Notes: generated by a model from the letters alone, not told the origin. Shown: positions 41,802 to 53,252, counted from the first letter of the stretch. The stretch: DNA of 64,000 nucleotides from Octopus vulgaris (GCA_951406725.2 OX597816.1:22072001-22136000); one strand, 5' to 3'. Numbers and translations: made by a program.

Positions 41802-42334
41802 TTGTGTGAGTGAGTGTGTGTTTGTGTGTATTTCCAAATAACAGAGGGAGAATTAAGACGCAGCTTTTCTAATTTCCGTACTCCAATATGTGTTTGATGA
41901 TCCATCCAAAATTACATCATTTCTCATTCATATGTATGTATATGCATTTATGTTTGTGTTTGTATACATATGCGTGTATAAATGCATGCATATATTTATG
42001 TGTATATAATACTTATAACAAGCAAGGAGGTGGCACTGAACAATAACTGGCAACCACCAAACTATAGCTAAAAGGAGAGCTATTCTTAAAAATAATTGCA
42101 GTGTCATTTACGAAATGCCATTGGCGGATGCGACCTTTGAAAAAGGAATGCGAAAATATTATATAACAAATGAGCTAACGTCATACGTAGGGAATAACTT
42201 AAAAACCAAACAACTGAGATCGCCAAAAAACGAGAGATGAAAGAATAGAGATGCATCATTGGAGAAAAAAGTAAGGGTAAATATCGGCAGATGAACAGAT
42301 GTTAGTTGAATATAGCGGTCACAAGAACTCATCT

Positions 42335-42635
42335 TGCACTCCGTCTGTTTCGATGACGAATGTTCCAAGTTAACGTGATCAACGGGGCAGCATGCTCGTG
42401 AAATGAACGGGCAAAGGATTGAGTACTCCACAAACACGGCTACCTATAATGTAGTTCTCAATAATATTCAGAGTGACACAGAAATGTGACAGGTATTACT
42501 CACTTTTGCCATATGGAGTAGACCAAGGTGAAATAAGGTATCTTACTCATAGACACAACACAGTGCTTGAAATTGAACTCAGGACCTTACAATCGCGAGC
42601 TGAATACCTATAACCACTAAGCAACGCGCGATCAC
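42335..42635 (-). mobile_element. Diverged tRNA-derived SINE (fourth family)
   Basis: Minus-strand head gcttagtggtta...cctgagttcaatt followed by ttgtgtctatgagtaagataccttatttc. Confidence 0.5.
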
Positions 42636-42661
42636 CAGTTAATATATCAATGATGAGAAAT

Positions 42662-42906
42662 ACTCTTTTACTCTTTTATTCGTTTCAGTCTTTTGACTGT
42701 GCAGGAGCATGCAGGAGCACCACCTTTAGTCGAGTAAATCAACCTCAGGACTTATTCTTTGTAAGCCTAGTACTTATCCTATCGGTGTCTTTTGCCGAGT
42801 CGCCAAGTTACGGGTACGTAAACACACCAGCATCGGTTGTCAAGCGATGTTGGGGAGACAAACAGACGCACAAACGTATACACTCACGCGCACACACGCA
42901 CACAGG

Positions 42907-42948
<42 letters not shown>

Positions 42949-43129
42949 GATAGATAGATAGATACGACAGGCTTCTTCCAGTTTCCGTCTACCAAATCCA
43001 CTCACAAGGCTTTGGTTGGCTCGAGGCTATAGTAGAAGACACTTGCCGAAGGTGCCAGGCAGTAGGACTGAACCAGGAACCATGTGATTTGTAAACAAGC
43101 TACTTACTACACAGCCATTCCTACGCCTA
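42662..43129 (-). mobile_element. SINE family A, full length
   Basis: Reverse-complement match to family A. Confidence 0.8.
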
Positions 43130-43767
43130 GAAAATATTTATGTGAGTGTATTATATTTCGTTCCTTTATATATGTTTAATCGAAGGGTTATGTAACAACG
43201 TCTGTGAATCTTTCCAGATTATTATCAGGACTTTCCGTTTATTGTGTTTATAATTACTTAGTTCAGTATCTTCCTGTCTGCGTATAGTCTAAGTATCTAC
43301 ATATACTTCCATACATTCAATGCACTTCTGCTACAACTATGGAAATATACTGTGGACACTATAATACTTAGAGACACAGTCATGTGCGGATTCCCTTCAT
43401 GCACAAATATTTGCTTTCATTTCTCAATTAGCTGTATTGTATATGTATGTAGTATGTATTTTTACATCTATTGTAGTTAAAGTATGTATACTTACGGAAA
43501 TATAAGTTGCAAAATGCTTTACAAAACTTTATAACTTTTTTTTACATAATCGCTTATGGCAATGTCTGTTCATGAAAAAAGAAATAAGAGAAACTATTTC
43601 TATAGGAGAGAAATGCCATTTTGGCTGAATGTTATGAAATCGAGATAGACGACAAAGTTATCGAGACAGAGGATAATGAACTTAAGATGACTATGACGTT
43701 CACGAGCATCAGATTGGTCATGACGAATGTGTGCGTACATAGAACAGTTTATATGCGTATGTGAAAG

Positions 43768-44660
43768 TGGCGAGCTGCAGAAACGGTAGCACGCCGGGCG
43801 AAATGCGTAGGCCGTACCTTCTGGTACCTTCTGCCGGTACCTTCTGGGTTCAAATTCTGCTGATACTTAATTTATCGACCCAAAAAAGGATGAAAGGCAA
43901 AATCGACCTCGGCGGAATTTGAACTCAGAACGTAGCGGCAGACGAAATACCGCTAAGCATTTCGCCCGTCGCGCTAACGATTCTGCCAGCTCATCGCCTT
44001 ATTTTGATAATGGTTCCAAATTTTGCAACAAGGGCAGCAGTTTGGGGAATAGGATAAGTCGATTACATCGACCCCAGTGATTTACTGGTACTTAATTTAT
44101 CGATAAATTAAGTACCAGTTACGCACTGGGGTCGATGTAACCGACTTAATCCGTGGGTCTGTACTTGTTTGTCCCCTCTGTGTTTAGCCCCGTGTGGGTA
44201 GTAAAGAAATATATATGCGTATGTGTCGGTGGTGAGCTGGCAGAATCGTTATCACGTCAGGCGAAATAGCAGTATTTCGTCTGTCAGTACATTCTCAGTT
44301 CAAATTCCGCCGAGGTCGACTTTGCCTTTCATCCTTTCGAGGTCAATATATTAAGTATCAGTAAATCACTGGGGTCCTCCCCCAAAATTGCTGCCCTGGT
44401 GACAAAATTTGAAACCATTATTAAAATAAGGCGGTGAGCCTGGCAGAAACGTTAGGACGCCGGGCGAAATGCGTAGCCGTATTTCATCTGCCGTTACGTT
44501 CTGAGTTCAAATTCCGCCGAGGTCGATTTTGCTTTCATCCATTCGGGGTTGATAAATTAAGTACCAGTTGTGCACTGGGGTCGATATGATCGACTTAATC
44601 CCTTTGTCTGTCCTTGTTTGTCCCCTATGTGTTTAGCCTCTTGTGGGTAGTAAAGAAATA
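43768..44660. mobile_element. Cluster of SINE family B copies in both orientations
   Basis: Minus-strand block 43862-44101; plus-strand blocks 43768-43860, 44102-44210, 44228-44428 and 44429-44660. Confidence 0.8.
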
Positions 44661-44863
44661 AATATATGCGTATGTGTGTGTGTGCGTGCATGTATATGTA
44701 TATATGTGGTGTATGCCTGTGTGTGTATGCGCATGCGTGTGCGTGTGTACATGTGTATATGTGTGTGAATATCTAGATAGGTAGTTATACGTACATACAC
44801 GTACAGGCACATATACATTTTTAATTTGGATATATGACACTCTGGTGTCTGCCTCAGGAATAC

Positions 44864-45080
44864 GCTCTTTTACTTGTTTCATTCATTTGACTGTGGCCAT
44901 GCTGGAGCACCGCAGCTTAGTTGACCAAATCGACCCAAGCACTTATTCTTTGTAAGCCTAGTACTTATTCTATAGGTTTCTTTTGCCGAACTGCTAATTT
45001 ACGGTGACGTAAGCACACCACCATCGGTTGTCAAGCAATGTTGGGGACAAACACAGACTCACAAACATATACACACACAT

Positions 45081-45127
<47 letters not shown>

Positions 45128-45169
45128 AATATATACATATATATATATATATGAAAGAAGCCCGTCGTA

Positions 45170-45249
<80 letters not shown>

Positions 45250-45447
45250 TATATACACATATATACGACGGGCTTCTTTCAGTTTCTGTCTACCGAATCA
45301 ACTCACAAGGCTTTGGTGGGCCCGTGGCCATAGTAGAAGACACTTGCCCAAAGTGCCATGCAGTGGGACTAACACGGAACCATGCGATTCGTAAGCAAGC
45401 TACTTACCACACAGCCGCTCCTACGCCTACACAGTCACTCCTACACC
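44864..45447 (-). mobile_element. SINE family A, full length, with a small internal inverted duplication around (TA)n
   Basis: Reverse-complement match; gaaagaagcccgtcgtata...tatacgacgggcttctttc flanks the (TA)n. Confidence 0.75.
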
Positions 45448-45938
45448 TTATGTATACATCCTAGGAAATCACTTGCTACTATCTTTTCTGGAGTTCTCAT
45501 GGGAATTAGCCTACGATATACAACTCCTAGGCTGTCTACTTGAAAACTGATAAGATGGTACGTTTTCTAACTCGCTTGAATCTGGGCAGACAAATACTTG
45601 TGTGTCCGGTCGTTAAAAGTTGTCATGATCCCATATTGATATTAGCACAGGCAGAGCCGGCAGAATATATGGAGCGTCAGGTAAATGTTTAGAGAGGTTT
45701 CTTAATCGTTTTTAATGTCTGAATTTAAGTCCCGGTGAGGTCGGCTTTGTGTTCATCATTTTCAAGGTTGATAAGATAAAGTACCAGTCAAGTACTAAAA
45801 TCGCTACAATCGACTAACTCGTCTACTAAAATTACTCATTTTGCACAAACATTTCCAATAGTTATTAGGACAAGCAAATCGCCGTCTGCATACACGCAGG
45901 TGAGTATACAAACGTACCCACACAAACAGATACACAAG

Positions 45939-45969
<31 letters not shown>

Positions 45970-45986
45970 GACGACATATGTGGATA

Positions 45987-46031
<45 letters not shown>

Positions 46032-46085
46032 CGACAGATGTGGATATGTGGATATATATATATATATACAGAGCGAAAGATGTGC

Positions 46086-46136
<51 letters not shown>

Positions 46137-46458
46137 TATGTATATATATACATTCATACTGACACAGGTGTTTAGGTAAGTGCATGTACTTACAGCTTTA
46201 AATATATCGATAGACGTACGTGCGCACTCATGTGCAAGCAGGTTAACAGACGTAGCGATGAAAAGCAACTGATCATAAAGAAGTAAATGGGCAATAAAAA
46301 CGAAAAGTAACGCAAACACTAGCCATTATCTTGCTAGCTGAATGAACAATGAAACTATTACATCAACAAAATTATATTTAAATATATATATACATACATA
46401 CATACATATATATATATACATATACATATATATATAAATGTATATGTATGTATATGTA

Positions 46459-46523
<65 letters not shown>

Positions 46524-46657
46524 GTATGTTTATGTATGTATGTATATGTATATATGTATATATATCTTTATACATATGTATATGCATATAGAATATATAT
46601 ATATATGGAAAACTTTGTGTCTATGTGCATGGATCTCTATATTGATGAAATGAATAT

Positions 46658-46696
<39 letters not shown>

Positions 46697-46787
46697 TCGT
46701 GTGAATGTGTATGTGCATATACATATATATTTGTGTGTGTTTGTGTACCTCTGAGTGTGCATGTGTGTGTATGTATCCATACATATA

Positions 46788-46849
<62 letters not shown>

Positions 46850-47197
46850 TGTATATGTGTGCATTGATGTATGTATATATGTATGTACGCACGTATATAT
46901 ATATACATATATGGTATTAGTATGCCAGTATATAATTGAAAGGAAATTTAACATATATATATATATAAAAAATAAACTCTTCCATGGACGTTCACAGTAG
47001 CACAATCAACTTGATCACAATGCAACACGTATACAAATAATAAACAACAGGTCTTCACTACCATTCTTTGAAACAATATGAAAATTAAATACATCTTTAA
47101 AATCATAAATACAATCATGTAGTAATAATTAAAATCACTACCGTTGTCTGGTGAGAAACATACTGAATCACGTTAATAACTTTAATTATTCATCTGA

Positions 47198-47579
47198 CTA
47201 GCAGTATCGCCCGGCGTTGCTCAGGTTTGTATGAAATAACTATAAAGCATTTTTAGAGAGTTATAGCCAAAAAATAGCAAAAAAATGGAAAAAAAATATG
47301 GTAAATTTTTTTTTGAGATATAAAAAAGGTGGAGTTGCGTCCCCTAGACAGTTTGTGGTTCGTGTTTCTGATTCTCGACCCCATGTCGAATTTATCGATT
47401 TTTTCAGAACTGGAGGAACTTTTCAAAATTTTCACTGCGTTAGTTTTGAATTATGACATTGGGCTATGTGTGTGTCAAGTTTCATCAGAATCGGTTGAAA
47501 GCCGTGGTCAGGGTGAGGGTACAAGCAAACAGACACACAGAAACACGCACAGACAAACTGCCGTTTATATATAGAGAGA
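47198..47579 (-). mobile_element. Non-autonomous Helitron (copy 2)
   Basis: Near-identical to 39015-39406, with the same termini. Confidence 0.8.
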
Positions 47580-47730
47580 TAATAAGAACATTGCTTTCAT
47601 GCTGTGTCCTTTTATTGGCATGATATTCTCGCAATCACGTCGTATAAATACACACACACACATGTGTATGTGTGTATATATGTATGATACATATACATAT
47701 ATATCTATATATATACATATATATATATAC

Positions 47731-47816
<86 letters not shown>

Positions 47817-47930
47817 AGTATAGAAATTCGGGGTGAGTACTTGATAATTATAAGCACCTGTGTATACCGTTTGGTGGTGTAGGTGGTGGAGTAAATTGAT
47901 CAAAATAAAAAACATGATGCCAAGGATTCA

Positions 47931-48008
47931 GCGGTACATATGTTTCGGGCCTTTATTAGACAGATTTATAACAATGCATAATGTATGTCTGTGGCCTTCT
48001 TCAGCCGC
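47931..48008 (-). ncRNA. Type-I hammerhead ribozyme in the PLE pseudo-LTR
   Basis: Minus strand reads GCGG CUGAAGA A GGCC ACAGA...UCUGU...GGCC C GAA ACAUAUGU A CCGC: stem I GCGG/CCGC, core CUGANGA and GAAA, GC stem II, palindromic stem III ACAUAUGU, GUA cleavage triplet. Confidence 0.85.
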
Positions 48009-48465
48009 GCACAACCGCTCCCACAAGGACATGTATTACATCAAAAATTCTTGGTTGGGGATGCAAATCCTCTCATTCGCGTACGACATAATGCGGCAAC
48101 AGCATAGAATTGAAGCGTCCATCTCCTTCTTCTCTCAATGTAGAATGAGGAAATTTGGATGTTGAAGTAATGTAAATAAATAAATACATATATAGACAAA
48201 ATATAAAAATGTAGAGTGTAAAGATATAGAGGGGATATAAAGAATATAAAGAAATATAAATGAATGTAAAGGCATAAGGTTATAAAGTAAAAATAGAAAT
48301 AGAAATAAAAGTAAAAAGTAAAAAAATAAAAATAGGAATAAAAATGATAAAAATGCAAAAAAAATATAAAGGTAAGGGATGTATAGAGGTTACGGACCAA
48401 ACATGGTGGTCAGGAAATTGATAAAATTTAGTTGTAGAAGCTTTGGGTGTCAATAAATCAACATG
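47980..48465. repeat. Pseudo-LTR segment (3' copy) that is inverted-duplicated at 52432-52890
   Basis: aatgtatgtctgtggccttcttcagccgcgc...caataaatcaacatg is the reverse complement of 52432-52890, apart from a few substitutions and indels in the A-rich tract. Confidence 0.92.
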
Positions 48466-49717
48466 GTCGTCTGGGGACCTAGTGTATTGTAAATCAGAGC
48501 TGTTGAGCGGTTAATCTAGTTCTTTGAATTAATTGGTCATCTTGTACATACATACCATCATGGATACATACACCCATATACACGCGCACATATACGCGCG
48601 CATACACGGCTCCAAGCATATAAGCATACATACGCACTCGCGTGTGAACATGTACATAAACACATATACACCCACATACACGCGCGCATATATACACGGA
48701 CATTATACGTGTACACACCCATATATACATACGTGCGTTCATCCTTACATACACATACACAGATGCCCACGCGTCCAGGTTTAGATATAAGATATTAAAG
48801 GATGTATATAAGAACGTATGTAAAGAATCACGCACTCACGTCTACACGTGCACGCCCACACGGCTGTGTGTCCATATGTGCGTGCACATATACACTTACA
48901 TACACACACATAGACATACGCGCATATGGGTATAGCTATAAGATGTATACAAATAGGTGTAAACATATGCATATAAGAAATCTGCGAAAACATGTAAAAA
49001 AATGTAAAGAAACACGTAAGAAATTTTTAAAAAATTATTAAGGAAAATTATTAGAGATGAGTAACGGGGTATGCACATCCAGACGTAGATGTTTACTCGT
49101 ACATATGTACACATATGTATACGTATACATACGTACACGGACGCTCGTATAATCATAAAGCGGATACATAGGTAAGTAAATAAGGGATAAGCAAGAAAAA
49201 AAATAGACATATATAGAGATATAAAGCGATAAGTTAGGGGTAAGAATGAGGGTAAGAATAAAAATTAGAAATAAAAGTAAGAAATACAATATAAAATAAG
49301 AAATACAATATAAAAGTTAGAAATGAAATATAAAAATTATAAAAATTATAAGAATTAAAATAAGGGATGAAAATAAAAATAAGAATAAAGGTAAAGCGAA
49401 ATAGAATAGGATAAAGCAAAATAAAAATATAATCTGGTAAAGTTTAACATGAGATGAAGGTGGTTGAAAGTTAAAGGTGTGTGCTAAAGGTGCCCACGTA
49501 GGGGCGGGCGGGGGGAACTGAAAATTGGAAGGGGGAAGTGGAGTTTGGCGGTGTGCGTTCAACATCCGAGTTAGAAATGTGAAAGGGTATAGATATAGGG
49601 AAATAAAGAGACTAGATAGGAAGGATATGGGTGTAGGAGAAGAAATATGTAGGGAAAAAAACATATATGGGAGACAAAATGTGTATGTATAGGAGGAAAA
49701 TGCAGGGAAATATATAT

Positions 49718-49776
<59 letters not shown>

Positions 49777-49919
49777 CATATACATACACATATATGCACA
49801 TACATATATATACGCACACATATACGCATATACACGCACATATAGGAAAGCGGGATGCGCTGGAGCCGACAGGTTGCACCGGGTGGGAGGAAATTGCATG
49901 GGGGAGTTGGTATAATAAC

Positions 49920-52430
49920 CTAAGCTTTGTAGTATTTGAAAGTATTAATAAGTTTGTGTATACAGGATGGTTTGAACTCTGACCTTTTGTTAATAAGATT
50001 GTGTTTGTCTTTGAATTTCAAGATGTTCAGGAGTTCTACACAACATAGTTGGCATCCCGCTCTATTATTTAAATAAGGTGCAGCTGATCCGATGATGGAC
50101 CACCTGAGTTTGAAGCCTATGCATTTGTCTTTTAATTCCCAAATTTTTTTAGAAAGGGAGGTGCTGTTAGCCTTATGTCTGTGTTTCAGCGAGGACCGGT
50201 GGTTGTAGTATCTGTATTTCCAGGAGGTTGAGCAACCTATGTAGGTGAGTTTGTTAAACTGGGTACTCACCTCACATGAATATATTACGTTTTTCGCCCT
50301 ACATGCGCCCTGTAGCGGACACTCGGATGCACATATGCAGTTGCAGTGCATTGCATTACTCGGTCGTGTGCTGCTAATCCCAGGCGGAGGTGTTGCAATA
50401 CGTGTGGGGGCGTTGATATCCTCCTGGTTGTTGATGGGTGTGGTATTGCCTCTGCTGTGTTGGCGGGTGTTATTACTAACTGTTTGGGTAATATGGCTGC
50501 CAGTCTGATTATATTGTCTACTATCTGGATGAGGGGGTTTCGGTTGGTCGCTATAGCTTGCTCTTGATCTAGCTGTTCTAATATTAATATAGTTATGTTT
50601 AGCTATGAGGCAGCTCATGTTGGGCAGGGTAGAGTAGGAAATCCTAATGGTTTTGTTGGAGAAGATACTTCTATACTTATGGGTGGGTGGGAAGTTGTTG
50701 GAAATGATAGAGAATATTCTCTTACATAACTTACCCCTAACTGCTAAGTTGTATGGTATGTTGAACCATATATATTTGCGTAATCTACTATTATCCCTTC
50801 TATTTCTCCTAATAGGATCTATATTGCTCTCGTCGGGAGGGTTACTGTTGTGTGCTATTCTATTAGTTCGCCTATTTCCTATACGTTGTTTGGAGTTTAA
50901 ATTAGAATTATCGTTAGTATGAGTTGAGTGCGGAGTTCGATTATAATTGGGAGTTTTACGGCCGACGGACGTTCCCGGGTGGTCTACAAATGATATTCTC
51001 TGGTTATACCCAGCACTATAGAGAGCCTGGTTGTAGTGTTGTGCGTGATTATTGAAAATTTCTCTATTAGAGGATAGTTTTGTAAGTCTGTCTGAGATGG
51101 CTTGGACCGTGGTGCTAATTATACAGGGTGGATGGTTGGAAGAGGTGTGGATGTATTTGGTAGTTTCTTCGGGTTTCCTATACGGGTGGTGAAGGTGCTT
51201 ATTCAAGTCTAACATAACATCTAAGAAGTTTACTATTTTAGTATTGGTCATAAATTCTAGTTTAAGATTGAAGGATTTGAAAAAAAGCCTGATCTTTTTC
51301 CTAATTCTTTCTAGTTTACTCCTATTGTTGGTGGGGTATATGAAGAGAGCGTCATCTCTGTATAGACCCCCCTGAAGATCCGGTACCTCGAAGAAAAGCT
51401 TCTTGAGCAGGTAGGCCCCGACCAAGTCAGTCACCTGAGCTGAATCGCTCGAGCCCATAGCCACATCAAAATTATCGGGGGTATCGGATCTGGTCCAAAG
51501 TCTACCGTCGAATTCTATTATGGTTTTTCTAGCTAATAGTATTATGTCAATTTTTTCTCTGTCTATGAGCGAAAGGCTGCGGGCAAATATAAGGGATTTG
51601 TTAAGTAAGATGGGGGATATACTGGCGTAGTAGTTAGCTATGTCGAACTGGATGAATGAGTAGTTGGGTCTATTGGTGATTGTGTTAAACCATTCTAGCA
51701 CATCGTCGGTGTTAATCCATAGTTGGAGTGGGATGTGGGGTTTGATGCGTGGGATCACCTTGTCCAGGATAGTCTTGCTAAGTCTGCCGATATCCGATTT
51801 AGTCGGACAGATTAATCGTACTCCTACATTATCCGGGAAGTCTTTATTATGGTCTTTAATAGTAATTTTGGGTACCCGTAGTTTGATTGGTTCCGTTCTG
51901 TCCAGGAGGTCTAATTTGCTCATAACTTCCTTGATTTTGTAGTTAATTTCCTTAAGGTTATCCGTAGAAGTAGTTTTATATTTTTTGCTAAGTTCCCTCA
52001 TGATGAGCGATTTGTAGGTTTGGTAGTCCAACCTATACCAGTTCCCAGTCTTGTCGGCGGGTATGATAAGACTATCATCGTTCCTAAGTGAATGCAGGAA
52101 ATCTTTAAGGCTCCTTAAGTGGGTGTTGGGAATGGTCTTATGCTTACTAATGTTGATGTTGGTAATGAGGTCGTTTAAGTCTTTTTCAAATTTTTCCAGT
52201 GCGTAGTTAGAGGGTGGGTTTCTTCTGCTTTTAAATATTTTCCTATGTGCTGTTTCTTCTTGGTTAGAGTTGGGGTTGCTTTTCCCCGGGTTATCGAAAT
52301 GGTAGGCCGCCCACCTGATTCTTCTAATAAAGTCTGTGGTCCGGTGGAAGAGGGTCGTCGTGTAAGTTTTGTCGGAGTGGAGGGGTATGTCCTTGGGAGA
52401 GAAGTTTGTGTGAATCCTTTGAATCTTCAT
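49920..52430 (-). CDS. Penelope-like element (Naiad-type) reverse transcriptase + GIY-YIG endonuclease, uninterrupted 836 aa from ATG at 52430 (ORF track extends to a TTG at 52454)
   Basis: RT motifs IIPADKTGNWY, FIQFDIANYYASI, AMGSSDSAQVTDL, LYRDDALF (51351-51362), NFLDV, PYRKP, SNHP; IWFNIPY; Cys cluster CNCICASECPLQGAC; GIY-YIG-like VIY...TYIG, R-x3-H, CQLC, NKRSE..C.H. The ADK motif and RT-EN order are PLE hallmarks. YRDD plus the CxC-x4-CPLxGxC linker fits the Naiad clade. Confidence 0.93.
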   Translation of the reverse strand: MKIQRIHTNFSPKDIPLHSDKTYTTTLFHRTTDFIRRIRWAAYHFDNPGKSNPNSNQEETAHRKIFKSRRNPPSNYALEKFEKDLNDLITNINISKHKTIPNTHLRSLKDFLHSLRNDDSLIIPADKTGNWYRLDYQTYKSLIMRELSKKYKTTSTDNLKEINYKIKEVMSKLDLLDRTEPIKLRVPKITIKDHNKDFPDNVGVRLICPTKSDIGRLSKTILDKVIPRIKPHIPLQLWINTDDVLEWFNTITNRPNYSFIQFDIANYYASISPILLNKSLIFARSLSLIDREKIDIILLARKTIIEFDGRLWTRSDTPDNFDVAMGSSDSAQVTDLVGAYLLKKLFFEVPDLQGGLYRDDALFIYPTNNRSKLERIRKKIRLFFKSFNLKLEFMTNTKIVNFLDVMLDLNKHLHHPYRKPEETTKYIHTSSNHPPCIISTTVQAISDRLTKLSSNREIFNNHAQHYNQALYSAGYNQRISFVDHPGTSVGRKTPNYNRTPHSTHTNDNSNLNSKQRIGNRRTNRIAHNSNPPDESNIDPIRRNRRDNSRLRKYIWFNIPYNLAVRGKLCKRIFSIISNNFPPTHKYRSIFSNKTIRISYSTLPNMSCLIAKHNYINIRTARSRASYSDQPKPPHPDSRQYNQTGSHITQTVSNNTRQHSRGNTTPINNQEDINAPTRIATPPPGISSTRPSNAMHCNCICASECPLQGACRAKNVIYSCEVSTQFNKLTYIGCSTSWKYRYYNHRSSLKHRHKANSTSLSKKIWELKDKCIGFKLRWSIIGSAAPYLNNRAGCQLCCVELLNILKFKDKHNLINKRSEFKPSCIHKLINTFKYYKA

Positions 52431-52431
52431 G

Positions 52432-52886
52432 CATGTTGATTTATTGACACCCAAAGCTTCTACAAATAAATTTTATCAATTTCCTGACCACCATGTTTGG
52501 TCCGTAACCTCTATACATCCCTTACCTTTATATTTTTTTATCATTTTTATTCCTATTTTTACTTTTTTCTATTATTTCTATTTCTATTTTTACTTTATAA
52601 CCTTATGCCTTTATATTTCTTTATATTCTTTATATCCCCTTTATATCTTTACACTCTACATTTTTATATTTTGTCTATATATGTATTTATTTATTTACAT
52701 TACTTCAACATCCAAATTTCCTCATTCTACATTGAGAGAAAAAGGAGATGGACGCTTCAATTCTATGCTGTTGCCGCATTATGTCGTACGCGAATGAGAG
52801 GATTTGCATCCCCAACCAAGAATTTTTGATGTAACACATGTCCTTGTGGAAGCTGTTGTGCGCGGCTGAAGAAGGCCACAGACATA

Positions 52887-52890
<4 letters not shown>
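52432..52890. repeat. Inverted, truncated pseudo-LTR at the 5' end of the PLE
   Basis: Reverse complement of 47980-48465. It ends within the hammerhead (ctgaagaaggccacagacatacatt) at a (TA)n run. Confidence 0.92.
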
Positions 52891-52961
<71 letters not shown>

Positions 52962-53114
52962 GTGAAATAGAAAGATGAATAATCTTGTAGTAGATTAATC
53001 AAAAGTTTAACCGATACCTTAGTAGCAAAAATCACAGCAGTAAAACAGCACGGTTGGAGGTACAACCATATGGTGTTGCAACCGTGCGTTGGTGCGGATA
53101 ATTGAAATTAGAAC

Positions 53115-53245
53115 ATTATTGGTGAATTGAAGAAATGGAGCTGAACGCAGATTGAACAGAAATCGTTTTATTAAACGATTTATTAAAACGATTTATTAAA
53201 ACGATTTCTGTTCAATCTGCGTTCAGCTCCATTTCTTCAATTCAC

Positions 53246-53252
<7 letters not shown>
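53115..53252. repeat. Perfect 56-bp inverted repeat with tandem-duplicated spacer, part of a (TA)n-flanked insert 52960-53252
   Basis: 53115-53170 is the reverse complement of 53197-53252. The spacer is built from aaacgatttatt copies. Confidence 0.88.

Larger units (their letters stand above)
47815..52891 (-). mobile_element. Full-length Naiad-type Penelope-like retroelement with inverted pseudo-LTRs, inserted in (TA)n
   Basis: Intact ORF; 47980-48465 is an inverted near-identical copy of 52432-52890; hammerhead at 47931-48008; (TA)n tracts abut both ends (~47700-47813 and 52892-52960). Confidence 0.88.

Noticed and set aside
47860-48400. ORFs in the pseudo-LTRs (also 52429-52926)
   Set aside because: Low-complexity F/Y/I translations of the A/T-rich repeat; not conserved in frame between the two copies.
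50245-52439. Plus-strand ORFs overlapping the PLE gene
   Set aside because: Antisense shadows of the real ORF.
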